Shown: positions 54,101-63,900 of the stretch, one piece after another
Numbering within the stretch: position 1 is the stretch's first letter
Layout: every line of letters begins with the position of its first letter
Assembly (NCBI RefSeq): GCF_001194135.2
Contig: NC_068994.1
Span: 59,039,421-59,103,420 of the forward strand
Direction of reading: 5' to 3'
Source: Octopus bimaculoides
Lineage: Eukaryota
DNA: 64,000 bases
Notes under the pieces: generated by a model
The model's input: the letters and a program-made list of their open reading frames with translations, nothing else
Database searches by the model: none
Told to the model about the DNA's origin: nothing
Made by a program: the position numbers and the translations under genes

Positions 54101-56520
54101 ACGATGATGAGGATATATAGATTAGAGACAGATATTCTCTGTATAGAGTCCATTTTGTAGTGCTCAAGAGATTCGAACTTGAGCAGGTAAAGGAATAAAT
54201 GTAAGGTCAAGCAAGTTAGGAAGTCAATATACAAAACATTAAATACATTTAATACAAAAAATGTACAACATATGTATGCATTTAAGAAAAAGTTCAACTT
54301 CCAGAATATAAATGATATCATTTATATTCTGGAAGTCAGACTTTGCTGATATGCATACGTATGTACATTGTTTTGTATTAAGTGTATTTAATATTTTTTG
54401 TATATCGACTTGCCTCACTTGCTTGTCTTTACAGTTGTTCCTATAGATATGAGAACAAAATGATTAAAAAATCCAGGTAAATATCAATAAAGCACTCAGT
54501 TTTAAATGAATTTGGTTAACAAGAACATTTCACCTTCCTTGCCATGCATACTTTCTAACTTGTACCAATTGAATAAGAAAGAAATACATACATACGTATG
54601 TATGTACAGAAATATATTTTTATCAGTTATGTGTTCCAGTCTTTTAGATTGCAGCCATGTTGGGGAACTGCCTTGAAGAATTTTAGTGGAACGAATCGAC
54701 CTTGAGAGCTTATTCTTACTTTTAAGCCTGGCACTTACACTATCAGCATCTCTTGCCAAACCACTAAGCTATAGGAATGTAAACACACCAACACCGGTTG
54801 TCAAGCAATGATGGAGAACAAACACAGACACACATATATGGTGGGCTTCTTTCAGTTTCCATCTACCAAATAAACTCAGAAGGCTTTGGTTGGCCCAAGG
54901 TTATTATAGAAAATACTTGCCCAAGGTGCCACAGAGTGGGACTGAACCCAGAATCATATAGTTAAGAAACAAACTTCTTACCACACAGGCACCTGTGCCC
55001 CTAGATGTTTTGCAAACAAGTTGCACATGCAAGTGCTACCAGTCAAGAACTCCACATACCGGAACCCAGTAAGTGTATGGGGTCATCAGGAGAGAATGTG
55101 TGTGTGCCATTTCGGGGCCTACATCTTGATGGCATCAATGCGCACCCCCCCCCCACTCACTGATATGAGGTCCTGCTTGCTAGATCAACTGGTTATTAAA
55201 AACAAAGCTCAATATTTCTCTAGCCATCGCTCATCGTCTCTTTTTAACCAAATCCAGTGGCTAGCCTTTTCCACTGTATTTTAGATATCGGTCATGGTGG
55301 TATTTACTTCACGATCAGTTAGGCCTAACAATAACAGCAGTCGTCTCACACTGTGTCCTACAGATCCTCTACATCCGACTTTGATTGGAAAATGCTCAGC
55401 TTTCCAGCTACATGGTTATGAAACTTGAGCTGTTACAGAAATGAAAGTAGCATCCTCCACTGGATGTGAAATGTCAGTTTGCATGTTCACCAAAGTACAA
55501 ATGTACTGAAAGGGAAAAATGGGCAAAAGAAGCATCAGATGTGCAAGAGGGAAGATTGCATTAGTAGGGTCAGTGATGTATATGAATGAAGAAGACAGCT
55601 GTATGAAGAAGTACTGGTCACTAAGAAGCCTGTGGAGAAAGCGAGACTGAAGAAGACACAGGATGAAGTGGGGGAAACTGACCTCAAGATATTAAGTCTC
55701 TTGTGCTGGTGCCACAAAAAAAAAAAAAAAAGCACCCAGCACACTCCGTGAAGTGGTTGGCATCAGGAAGGGCATACAGTTGAAGAAATGGAGCCAAAAC
55801 AGACATTAGAGCTTAGAGCAGCCCCTTCACTTGTCTGTTTGTGTCAAACCATCCAACCCACACCAGCATGGAAAAAGGGATGATAGATGACAGAGGACCC
55901 AAGATATGTGGTGCACTGCAATACTCAAGAAGACCTGCCCACCACAACAGAATTGGGATCCTAAAACCAGACTGTCACATGAAAAGCATTGGTGTGGGTG
56001 CTGGCACCATGTGAAAAGTACTCAGTACACTCTGTGAAGTGGTTAGCATTAGGAAGGGCATCCAGCCATAGAAACCCTGTCAAAACAGACTATTGGAACC
56101 CAAGCAGTACAGCATTTTGTTTCCAAATTTCTGGCAGAGTGAATTGCATCATGGTGCTGTTTTTTCTCACAGACAGTGCCCAACTGACCCTACCATACTG
56201 TGTAGTTGACAAAATCAAAAACAAACAATGTGCATGCGTGAAATTAAGAATATAAAATGGCAACAATTTACCCATTGCACCAGTATTTATACACACACAC
56301 ATACATCATCATATATATATATATATAGATATTCATTTATTCTTTTACTTGTTTCAATCATTTGACTGTGGCCATGCTGGAGCACCGCATTTAGTCGAAC
56401 AAATCGACCCCAGGACTTATTCTTTGTAAGCCTAGTACTTATTCTATTGGTCCNNNNNNNNNNAACACCAGTTGTCAAGTGATGGTGGGGGACGAACACA
56501 GACACACAAATACATACATT

Positions 56521-56571
<51 letters not shown>

Positions 56572-57854
56572 ATTAACAGAATGAGATAAAAATCCAAGGC
56601 TGTGAAAGATTTCAGAACATTTATAAAGAGAAGGTCTTACAGCTGTTTCTGGAATGTTTTATATATCCCTTCATTGGAGTCAGTGCGAGAAAATGTGTGT
56701 GTGTGTGTGTGTGTGTACATCTACAGATGTAAAGCTTGAACACATCACTAGTGTTGTATCCTGGACTTACAAGATGCTTTGGGTCTGAAAACAAACACCC
56801 TCATCCAGGCAACCCAACCTAAGTTGACAAAGCCTAGGCCTGTGTGTCCAAATAGCATTTTACTGGCCCTATTGGTCACCTCCTTTCACCCCAGCCCATC
56901 TAGACATTTCCTCAGCAGCCTCTACACTTTGCTTGATTGCTCTTCTGCTTGCTCATATAATGCCTTAAGTCCCATAAGCCTTACTCACAGTGTAACCTGC
57001 AAACTCTCAACTACCAGCCTCCATTGCCAAACACCTCATTCCCGACCATCACAAAAGCCTAGCATTACATTCTCTAAATGTCTTGCATCTTCTCAAGGCC
57101 ACACTTAATTCCAACAGGATTAGCTGTCCTGTTGATTTGGAAACCAAGATATCTGGTTTCACCAAAGTCTTGATGATGTCTACTGGAAATTCCAGATCAA
57201 CTTATACAAGCCAGTCCAGTGCTGTGCAAAGTAATTTCTTGGGGTTGTTCTTGGGGCTATGCATAAACACACACACACACATGGGGGCAGGCATGGCTGT
57301 GTAGTAAGAAGTTCATGTCCCAACCACAAGGTTCTAGGTTCAATCCCACTGTATGGCACCTTGGGCAAGTGTCTTCTACTTTGGACCAACAAAAGCCTCT
57401 TGAGTGGATTGATAGAAGGAAACTGAAAGAATCCTGTTGTGTGTGTGTGTGTGTATATATAAATTTTTGAAATTGTCTCAGCTTTAAAGCTGTGGTCATG
57501 CTGGGGCACCACTGTTGTGTATCTTTGTGTATGTGTTTGTCTGCTGCCACCATTTGACAGCTGGTGGTGGTATGTTTATGCCCCTGTAACTTAGCAGTTC
57601 GGCAAAAGAGACAGACAGAATAAGAAATAACAAGTACTAGGGTTGATTCCTCATTCAGCAATGGCCGCAGTGCAATGACTGAAAGATACATACCAGGCAT
57701 TGGTTGTGTGGTTGAGATACTTGCTTTATAATGACATGGTTTTGGATTCGATTCCACTGCACGGTACCCTGGGGAAATGGCCTCGGCCCCAGGCCAATCA
57801 AGGTCTTGTGAGTGAATTTCGTAGATGGAAACTGTGCGAAAGCCTATTCTCTCT

Positions 57855-57886
<32 letters not shown>

Positions 57887-58127
57887 NNNNNNNNNNNNNN
57901 NNNNNNNNNNNNNNNNNNNNNNNNNNNNNNNNNNNNNNNNNNNNNNNNNNNNNNNNNNNNNNNNNNNNNNNNNNNNNNNNNNNNNNNNNNNNNNNNNNNN
58001 NNNNNNNNNNNNNNNNNNNNNNNNNNNNNNNNNNNNNNNNNNNNNNNNNNNNNNNNNNNNNNNNNNTGACTGAAACAAGGAAAGGAATAAAAGATACATA
58101 CATACATACAGATACACGCACATGCAC

Positions 58128-58167
<40 letters not shown>

Positions 58168-58297
58168 GACATAACACACACGCATATCGATAATGGAGAG
58201 AGAGAGAGAGAGAGAGAAATGGATGGACAGATAGATATGAAAACAAATAAAACTCGCAAAGGAGGTGCGGTCCATGATCTTTACCTCCGTCGATAGA

Positions 58298-58343
<46 letters not shown>

Positions 58344-59590
58344 GGGGGAAGTAGAGAGAGAGAGACAGAGATGCTGTCCAGCGTAACATGCTAACGGAGA
58401 AAGTTAAATACTGTCCTATTTAAGAGACACCTGAAATTAATACAAACATATGTTTATGTTAGAGAGTGCAATGGACGAAACTCTCGGTGCTCGAGTTACA
58501 ATGGCCAGTTTCTGCCGATGGAAAATAATAATAATAAGGTGTATAAACACATGTATTGAGTTCTATCCCACACTTTATTAGCATGTGTGTATGTTTGGTA
58601 TTCTTCTGAGAGTCCGAAATACTCTTAGTATGCGATAAACTGTAATGTCTTAGGAATCAATATGCTACGGAAATCGTAGGTTTAAAAAAATCAGTGGGAA
58701 AAAAAACTGCTACATCGGGCTTTGATTGGAAACATTCGATCACACACATAGGCAGGAGTGTTTCAAATCACGGCTCGGCGGATTAGAGGAAAATACAAAT
58801 TTGAAAAGTCTGTTCCTTTGGTGCGAAAAGAAAAAGAAGGTAATTTAGGTAAATAAACGGTTAATTACTATATATATATATATATATTACACACACACAC
58901 ACACACATTAGATAGATAGATAGATATAACAGAGCGTAAAGGATGAGGTACATTATGATAAACAAATGAGAGAAACCTCTTCTTTTCCATGATATTGACA
59001 CATGCACATTGTAAATGGATCTCTGTCTGTATCAACGATGAGCATTCTAATTATTAAGGTGATGCACAGGCAGACAGTATGAAACTATGTAGCAAGGACG
59101 GATTTTTGCGTTACAGGAATAATCCGATGAACAGGCTTCCTCACAGTTTCCGTCCACCCAATTTTATCAAGGCTTGGGTCAACTTGAGGATATGGTCACC
59201 AAGTGGGATGGGAAATGATGACAAGTGATTGCAAAAAGAACTTCCTCACCACTTGGTCTGATTCACACACACACACACACATATATATACACACACATAT
59301 AAACATATATACACACACACACACACAGACAGAGGTGAAATGCAATTCTTACCTCCGCCGTATTCCCAGAACGGTATACTTTTGTCCTTTTGTATGAGAT
59401 GTGGTCCTTTAAAACTGAGTTTATATTCGAACCTGAGGCGAGGAACGGACGCAGAAACCATTGGAGCGGTGGAGGAGAGGACAAGGATGAGCGTTAAGGA
59501 AGTGAGGACTATTAGAGTATGGAGTGTGTGTCGACACGAACACATTGCTGTTACTGTGATGGGTGATGGTGCCGTGTTTCTGTTGAACAT
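27163..59590 (-). CDS. LMAN1: ERGIC-53 / lectin mannose-binding 1, complete 15-exon gene (span of joined CDS)
   Basis: Manual join 59590/59545-59353, 37272-37216, 36691-36594, 36186-36079, 35054-34993, 34236-34137, 33152-33029, 32633-32578, 32133-32039, 31215-31155, 30799-30617, 30173-30079, 29171-28988, 27828-27725, 27199-27163 gives one open frame with all GT-AG introns. Motifs: RFEYKLSFKGPHL, GRGRVGADGL, FDSFDNDG, CLRDFRNKP, AATGGLADDHDV, coiled coil, TM, C-terminal KKFY. Confidence 0.97.
27725..27828 (-). CDS. LMAN1: LMAN1 exon 14 (104 nt; luminal Cys pair + TM helix)
   Basis: GSTTSCPNINCISPKVFFIGLSVQIAALFIYAMY(K); ttttttcag| and |GTGAGT. Confidence 0.94.
28988..29171 (-). CDS. LMAN1: LMAN1 exon 13 (184 nt)
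   Basis: QLIGLIKEKADHFAGVGATSGGDAPSGGSASNIQLQMALHEVKDTIKQVRTDTANILNTSQ; |GTAGGG. Confidence 0.92.
30079..30173 (-). CDS. LMAN1: LMAN1 exon 12 (95 nt)
   Basis: GTGVPVDTIRRHEVDMVINNQNDFRAQMKDI(R); attttag| and |GTAACA. Confidence 0.94.
30617..30799 (-). CDS. LMAN1: LMAN1 exon 11 (183 nt)
   Basis: FESQGERELKQIFEGQNNIYATLRELNKRLDELSGRQELILSKVTSIQAPVAGQPPMQHAQ; |GTAACT. Confidence 0.95.
31155..31215 (-). CDS. LMAN1: LMAN1 exon 10 (61 nt)
   Basis: (D)FKKENPDKAKDKYDIDVDKW; cttgtttcag| and |GTGAGT. Confidence 0.93.
32039..32133 (-). CDS. LMAN1: LMAN1 exon 9 (95 nt)
   Basis: LDTGTKVSEDEKKKLDEEFKEYYKKLEQAKE; |GTGAGT. Confidence 0.94.
32338..32535 (-). mobile_element. SINE module B in LMAN1 intron 8
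   Basis: TTACTTGTTTCAGTCATTTTGACTGCAGCCATGCTGGAGC..ATCGACCCCAGGACTTATTCTTTGTAAGCC..GTTAAGTTACAGGGAC. Confidence 0.75.
32578..32633 (-). CDS. LMAN1: LMAN1 exon 8 (56 nt)
   Basis: (D)DHDVMAFLTHSMHAPADQ; tcttcag| and |GTATGT. Confidence 0.95.
33029..33152 (-). CDS. LMAN1: LMAN1 exon 7 (124 nt)
   Basis: VFIHNGMSSNQNEYELCLRAEGIHLPKNGFFGVTAATGGLA; |GTGAGG. Confidence 0.96.
34137..34236 (-). CDS. LMAN1: LMAN1 exon 6 (100 nt)
   Basis: DGHDQQLGGCLRDFRNKPFPLKARVEYYKNSLT; ccctgcag| and |GTAAGT. Confidence 0.96.
34478..34735 (+). mobile_element. Family D repeat (RTE 3'-end-related, (GAT)n tail)
   Basis: GGTGGCACGTAAAAAGCACC..GTGGTTGGCGTTAGGAAGGGCATCCAG..CAACCCATGCCAGCATGGAAAACGGACGTTAAACGATGATGAT; related copies at 28490, 37382, 43005, 51923, 52705, 53645, 53860, 55701, 55965 and 60990. 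Confidence 0.75.
34993..35054 (-). CDS. LMAN1: LMAN1 exon 5 (62 nt)
   Basis: RNNPYILVMLNNGTREYGHM(N); ttttttcatcag| and |GTAAGT. Confidence 0.95.
36079..36186 (-). CDS. LMAN1: LMAN1 exon 4 (108 nt)
   Basis: AIWYTLDKAIEGPVFGNMDKWNGMGLFFDSFDNDGQ (Ca2+-binding loop); |GTAAGT. Confidence 0.96.
36594..36691 (-). CDS. LMAN1: LMAN1 exon 3 (98 nt)
   Basis: (G)WVWTKNPVPHDNWVIEVTFRVTGRGRVGADGL; ttgcag| and |GTAAAT. Confidence 0.96.
37216..37272 (-). CDS. LMAN1: LMAN1 exon 2 (57 nt)
   Basis: ttttccag|AT GCC ATC..: (D)AIAGDENIRLTTSLKSKK(G); donor AAG|GTTCGA; phase 1-1; not in the ORF track. Confidence 0.9.
37940..38211 (-). mobile_element. Composite SINE (family A head + CA repeat + module B)
   Basis: A(-) at 38056-38211 abuts a B fragment. 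Confidence 0.7.
38963..39299 (-). mobile_element. Composite SINE (A + B)
   Basis: B at 38963-39140 directly joined to A at 39141-39299. Confidence 0.75.
40920..41120 (+). mobile_element. RTE LINE fragment
   Basis: MLHGSETWAVIAGDMQRLERNEGGMLCWMYNVSVRV*QSVNVLREKL. Confidence 0.75.
44943..45095 (+). mobile_element. Family A SINE
   Basis: GCAGGCATG..GGTTTGCTTCCCAAC..GGCACTTTGGACAAGTGTCTTC..GTGAGTGGATTTGACAGACAGAAGCTGAAAGAAGCC followed by (TG)n. Confidence 0.7.
45135..46030 (+). mobile_element. RTE LINE reverse-transcriptase remnant
   Basis: AFINLEKAFNRVP, GVHQGSVLNP, ELLHADDLALIA (YADD motif); many stops and frameshifts. Confidence 0.85.
47130..47790 (+). mobile_element. Internally deleted RTE LINE remnant
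   Basis: KLGLDEWLVRAVQ..; NAEDLRRLERNEANKRCWMHN..VLREKLGRRGIRC; GRPRKT-like end. Confidence 0.8.
47963..48305 (-). mobile_element. Composite SINE (A + B)
   Basis: B at 47963-48140 joined to A at 48164-48305. Confidence 0.7.
49460..49538 (+). repeat. (GA)n microsatellite, representative of dozens of CA/TA/GA/CATA/AAT repeats in the window
   Basis: About 40 GA units; other examples at 900-955 (TA), 2569-2622 (GA), 18095-18240 (CATA) and 35944-35982 (AAT). Confidence 0.95.
50211..51061. other. Assembly gap (851 N) inside LMAN1 intron 1
   Basis: Run of N. Confidence 1.
54188..54445. mobile_element. Palindromic foldback element (~258 bp)
   Basis: Perfect 40-bp palindrome at 54297-54336, with imperfect arms extending about 110 bp on each side. 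Confidence 0.75.
54635..54995 (-). mobile_element. Composite SINE (A + B)
   Basis: B at 54635-54830 joined to A at 54841-54995. Confidence 0.75.
55480..56090 (+). mobile_element. RTE LINE 3' end with a nested family D copy
   Basis: ORF end ..KARLKKTQDEVGETDLKILSL | insertion 55701-55889 | (T)EDPRY..; a family D sequence continues as the 3' UTR at 55965-56090. Confidence 0.65.
56338..56510 (-). mobile_element. SINE module B (spans a 10-N gap)
   Basis: TTTTACTTGTTTCAATCATTTGACTGTGGCCATGCTGGAGCACCGC..GTCGAACAAATCGACCCCAGG. Confidence 0.75.
57285..57685 (+). mobile_element. Composite SINE (A + TG repeat + B), plus orientation; another A copy at 57698-57845
   Basis: GGCAGGCATGGCTGTGTAGTAAG..GGTTCAATCCC (B box) ..GAAACTGAAAGAA-(TG)n-..GTAACTTAGCAGTTCGGCAAAAGAGAC. 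Confidence 0.72.
59353..59590 (-). CDS. LMAN1: LMAN1 exon 1 (signal peptide + lectin N-terminus); alternative start at ATG 59545
   Basis: MFNRN...MCSCRHTLHTLIVLTSLTLILVLSSTAPMVSASVPRLRFEYKLSFKGPHLIQKDKSIPFWEYGG; donor G|GTAAGA, phase 1. Confidence 0.93.
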
Positions 59591-60950
59591 CTTCGGTGTT
59601 TGACAGCAGCAGCAGGTGGACGACGAGGACGAGGACGAAGACGGCAATGTGGCTTGAAATGGTTCACTGTGTTGTCGGGGAAATGGTGTGGATTTGCTGA
59701 CATCTGGCGGACACCGGCAGAGTTAACGGTGGTTTCTGTCAATCGATACAATAGGGGGAGGGAAAGACACAACATACACACACCCACTCATATATATACA
59801 TACGCATACAAATACACATACGCACAAATACGTATACGCACACACTGACGCATACATACACGTACGTGCACACACACGCTTGCGCGCGCGCCCTCATGCC
59901 TAAGGGGAGATAATTGCTAGATATTCGACATTAGACGTTGCGACAAACAACAAAATCCTTCGTTCGTCGACGACAAATGTTTTAAATTTTCTTTATAAAT
60001 TCAGAAAATAATGTATCATGACAAATTTTTATGGGAAATGGGAAAAAAATTGTTTGCATCTTGTCCACTAAACGGTTTTACTGTATAGAGGGGACGTAAC
60101 TCTATATACCGTTTTCTCACCCTCTTTCTTCCCTCTCTGTCTCTTTCTTTCTCTCTCTCTCTCTCTCACCGTGTGTAGGTGTGTATGTAACGGTGTGTGT
60201 GTACGTGCATGTTTGTATAATCATGTATATGTGTATACGCATATATACATGTATAGAAACACATACGTATTGAAATAGAGTCTGAAATTATTTACTGCGC
60301 CAAATCCGTAATTTCTTTAAAACTTTACGCATCGTAGATTACGAATCTCAAAATCCCCAAAACAAAAATAAAAACATTTGTTTTCGAAGAGGATGAGGTG
60401 ATGATCGGAATTTTAACCCCTCCTTTCAATAAATCCAGAGTTATGACGTTTTCGAATATATATATATATATATATATTAATTTATGTTACGCATAATTTT
60501 GAAGAAACATATTTTCAGATGTTTTAAATCAAAAAGAAAGCCAGACCTGAAAAATTACAAATGTTGCCCACGTCCGCCTTTTTATTTATACGTTGACATC
60601 TACGATGCTTAAAATATGCTGATCCGAAATTCTGGTTTTTGGGCGGACTAGATTATTTCTGATTTTTTTTTTTTTTTTTCAATAGAAACTTCCCACAGAT
60701 TACTTTATAGAAGATAACAAACGTTAATCGAATAAAGATTCCAAGCGTGAAGTAAAGTTAAATATATTTCTGAAGGTGACAAAAAGTTCAAAGTTTGTAA
60801 AATCTTGTTTTTCTAACTATTCGGATTTTGAAAAGTCTGTTTTGGAGAAACTTCCAAGTTATTGTCACCTTTTAAAATTCACACGCGCGCACGCGCGTGT
60901 GTGTGAATTTTAAAAGGTGGCGATAGCTTGGAAGTTATATCTCATTCAGA
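59591..60950 (-). promoter_or_regulatory. CpG-retaining 5' UTR/promoter region of LMAN1
   Basis: High CpG density immediately upstream of exon 1, falling abruptly near 60960; TSS not identifiable. Confidence 0.5.
60295..60645. mobile_element. Degenerate foldback DNA element
   Basis: GCATCGTAGAT (60329-39) and its reverse complement ATCTACGATGC (60599-609), with weaker flanking complementarity; motif resembles GTGTAGATTCCGAAT of the 11.5 kb element. Confidence 0.4.
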
Positions 60951-63900
60951 GGTTTTAAAACTAGCAGTTTTGCTTCTATATATCATCATTATCATTATTA
61001 TTTAACTGTTTTCCATACTGCCATGGGATGATTATTTGATAAGAGTTGACAAGCTAGAGAGCTGCACCAATTGTCTGTTTTGGCAATGTTTCTACAGCTG
61101 AATGCCCTTCCTAATGCCAACCACTTTACAAAGTATATTGAGTGCTTTTAATATGGCACCGGCTCTAATAAGGTCACTAAGTAACTTACAAGAGAAAATC
61201 TCTGAGCTGAAGAGAATAGCAGTATTGAGGGGTGTGGCTTTATGTTAGGTGATGAAAAGTTAAAATGTGACACAGGAATAGAAGCAGGTGTCTTGCCATG
61301 GGGGGGGGGGGCAGATGGCTTCCCCAGTTGGAAAAGCGGCAGGGAAGAGAGACAGACAGACATGAGATAGTGGTGAAGATGTGTTAAGTTACGAGATGAA
61401 TGTAAGTGTATTAGTCTTGTAGACTTATTACGCATCCAGTGAAGTGTGCTTGCTTAATTTCTCCACAGCCTTCCCACACTATGCCACATGTTCAGTGCTG
61501 TGCCCATATTTCACTACCATGAAACACTATAATGCATACACAATTATTTTTACAGACCCTCTTTGACTTGTTGGAAGAAACCCTTTGATGTCAATTGAAA
61601 TAATAATTCTCCAAACATTTTCACCTCATCCATCCTCTGTCTATTGTACTTTCACAACATCCATCTCCATCACTGACGAGGTTACTCAGGTAGCAGAAAT
61701 ATTTTAATTAATAAAAGCTTTCACAACAAACAACACCTCAACATCTGTCAATATGTTTCACTACTATTGTATAAAATTGTATCTTTACATTCACACCTGC
61801 ATAAACCTATTATTTCTGAATCAATCCCCACTTGTTTACACTTACACCTGTGCATATATACACAGCTGTCCTCACCTTTTACAAAATACCTGCATCTGTT
61901 CACTTGTATACACATCCACATAGTGGCTTCTGTGTGTGTGTGTGTTTGTACTTAGATACCACCAGCATAGTCAATCTGTCACAGTTCTTCAAGCCTCCGT
62001 CTGTCTGGATTTCACACATTTAAGATATAACTGGAATTTACAGAGCCATGTCTTCTGGAGCCAACCCTCTTCCTGTATCCATGTCATTGTAGTCTTTATA
62101 TGCAGAATGGCTGCCTGGTGCAAAATGGGAATTTTGTATTTAACAAATGATTGTGTAATATGCAAACACACACACATAATTCCATTTAATAGTCGTTATT
62201 AGATTGACTTGATAAGCACTAGTTTAGTAGTAGTATGGAGGCATGCATTGTAACGGCATGTTGCTGCATCCACTATTTCTTGGTGATTCCCTGCTATTCC
62301 TGGTAAATGATGCCTCCATACCACACAGGTGACAACACTCCAACCCATGGGTCTGTTTTGGGTGGTGGTTGCTACAGAGAGTTTTATGAGGTCAGAGTGA
62401 AAACCCTACTTCAATCCCTTTTAGTTGCCCTTTATGACATGCTGAAGAAATGCTGGGTCTAGCTTTTGACTCACCAGTCCCAACAAAGCATTTGAGCAAC
62501 ACAAAAAATGAAGTGTTTTACTCAGCAATGCAACACGTCACCCAGTCCAGGAATTGAACCCACAATCTGATGATCATGAGTGTAACACCCAAACCACTAG
62601 ACCACATACTATTGCTATTAATGCTCATTTATTCCTTTTTAATTCAATTTTATGTATTGAAGTGAACTTTAGGTTCCAATTATTTCTGTTCATAATTGAT
62701 TACATGAGCTTGACACTTTACACTGGGTTTGGAAAGACATAAGTATTGTCTTACACATTTTGGAATCTATTTTGTCCACGCATGCATATTTGTGGTTTTT
62801 TACAATATGACTAAGATTTCTCAAGTAGTGTTTCAAAATATATCTTTTTGGTGTTGAAACTGCAATGATTTCCAAAAGAATGGCTGATGATGGGATGTTT
62901 ATACTTATTTAGGAAATATTGGTCGTTTTTGTGATGTAATTGTCAGTGGGTTCTGGATTTTGTTTCTTCTTTTCTGTAATTTTATGTCCTTCAGCATTCA
63001 TCCAATGCCTGTTATGGGTATAGGTCTAGTTTTAATTGTTTTTGTCATTTATTTAGTTTTCTGTTTAAGGTTTGCAATAACACTCTCTGAAAGAACACGT
63101 TTCAGTGGCTGGAAACATGTTGGCCTTTGTAAAACATTTGAAAAAGAAACTTAGCTGTTTCTTGCAGTAAAATACAAATGAAAGCAAAATTTATTCATGG
63201 GTCCTTAAAATACTACTGTATTACTACTTTACTACTTTGCTAGCATGGACTCCCACAAAATCCCAGGGGTCATATATACTCCAGTTGAGAACCACAGCTC
63301 AGAGCTATCAAATTATGAATATAAAATAAAGATTCTTAGCACAATTTATTCGGAATAAAATCATATTCAGTGAGATGCAGTTCACATTAATGCTAGGCTG
63401 GGGTCTAACTGACAATTGTTTCCTGGTGAGACAGAAAAGCTTTGAGATTGGATTGGAAAAATCTTTTTTCTCTGCTAAGCATTTGTTCATCTGGGGAAGG
63501 AATTTTTATTGTTTGGTGGTCTTTAAGAAAACAAGAAGATGAATGGCTTGTAAGAATAGTGCAACCCATGCAGAGTGAGGTGGTCAGTAGCAGCTGTTGA
63601 TCTTTTTTCTTTCCATCATCAAAATATTACAAAACATTCAAGACATCGTCCTTTAGAAACCCATCAACTCACCTGTGTTATAGCCAAATGAACCCATTTC
63701 CCCCGCTAGAAATGGCAGCCAAATATTTCTCAAATCATACCCTACAAGATGGAAGGTCATATTAGATAATGTAATTTCAAGATGTGCTACATCTAAAACT
63801 AATTCATGACTAGAAAGTTCAAATTTGATAAGCTTGCTGGATCAGGGCTGACCTAGGGTTAAACAATATGGGAATTAGTAGTCATACAGGGAAGAAAAAC

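Noticed and set aside
981-57845. tRNA genes
   Set aside because: The A/B-box-like motifs are SINE heads; no complete cloverleaf found.
59246-59647. ORF-track start at 59647 (MPSSSS...)
   Set aside because: The codon is TTG within a trinucleotide-repeat 5' UTR; the first in-frame ATG is 59590.
59591-60950. ERSE/ERSE-II/UPRE elements in the LMAN1 promoter
   Set aside because: Only partial cores (CCACGT about 60568, TGACGT about 60444); no full CCAAT-N9-CCACG or ATTGG-N-CCACG seen.
175-63490. Most ORFs in the six-frame track
   Set aside because: They derive from CA/TA/GA/CT microsatellites, N-gaps, antisense TE frames or alternative start codons. Only fragments of five overlap real LMAN1 exons in frame, plus the final-exon ORF.
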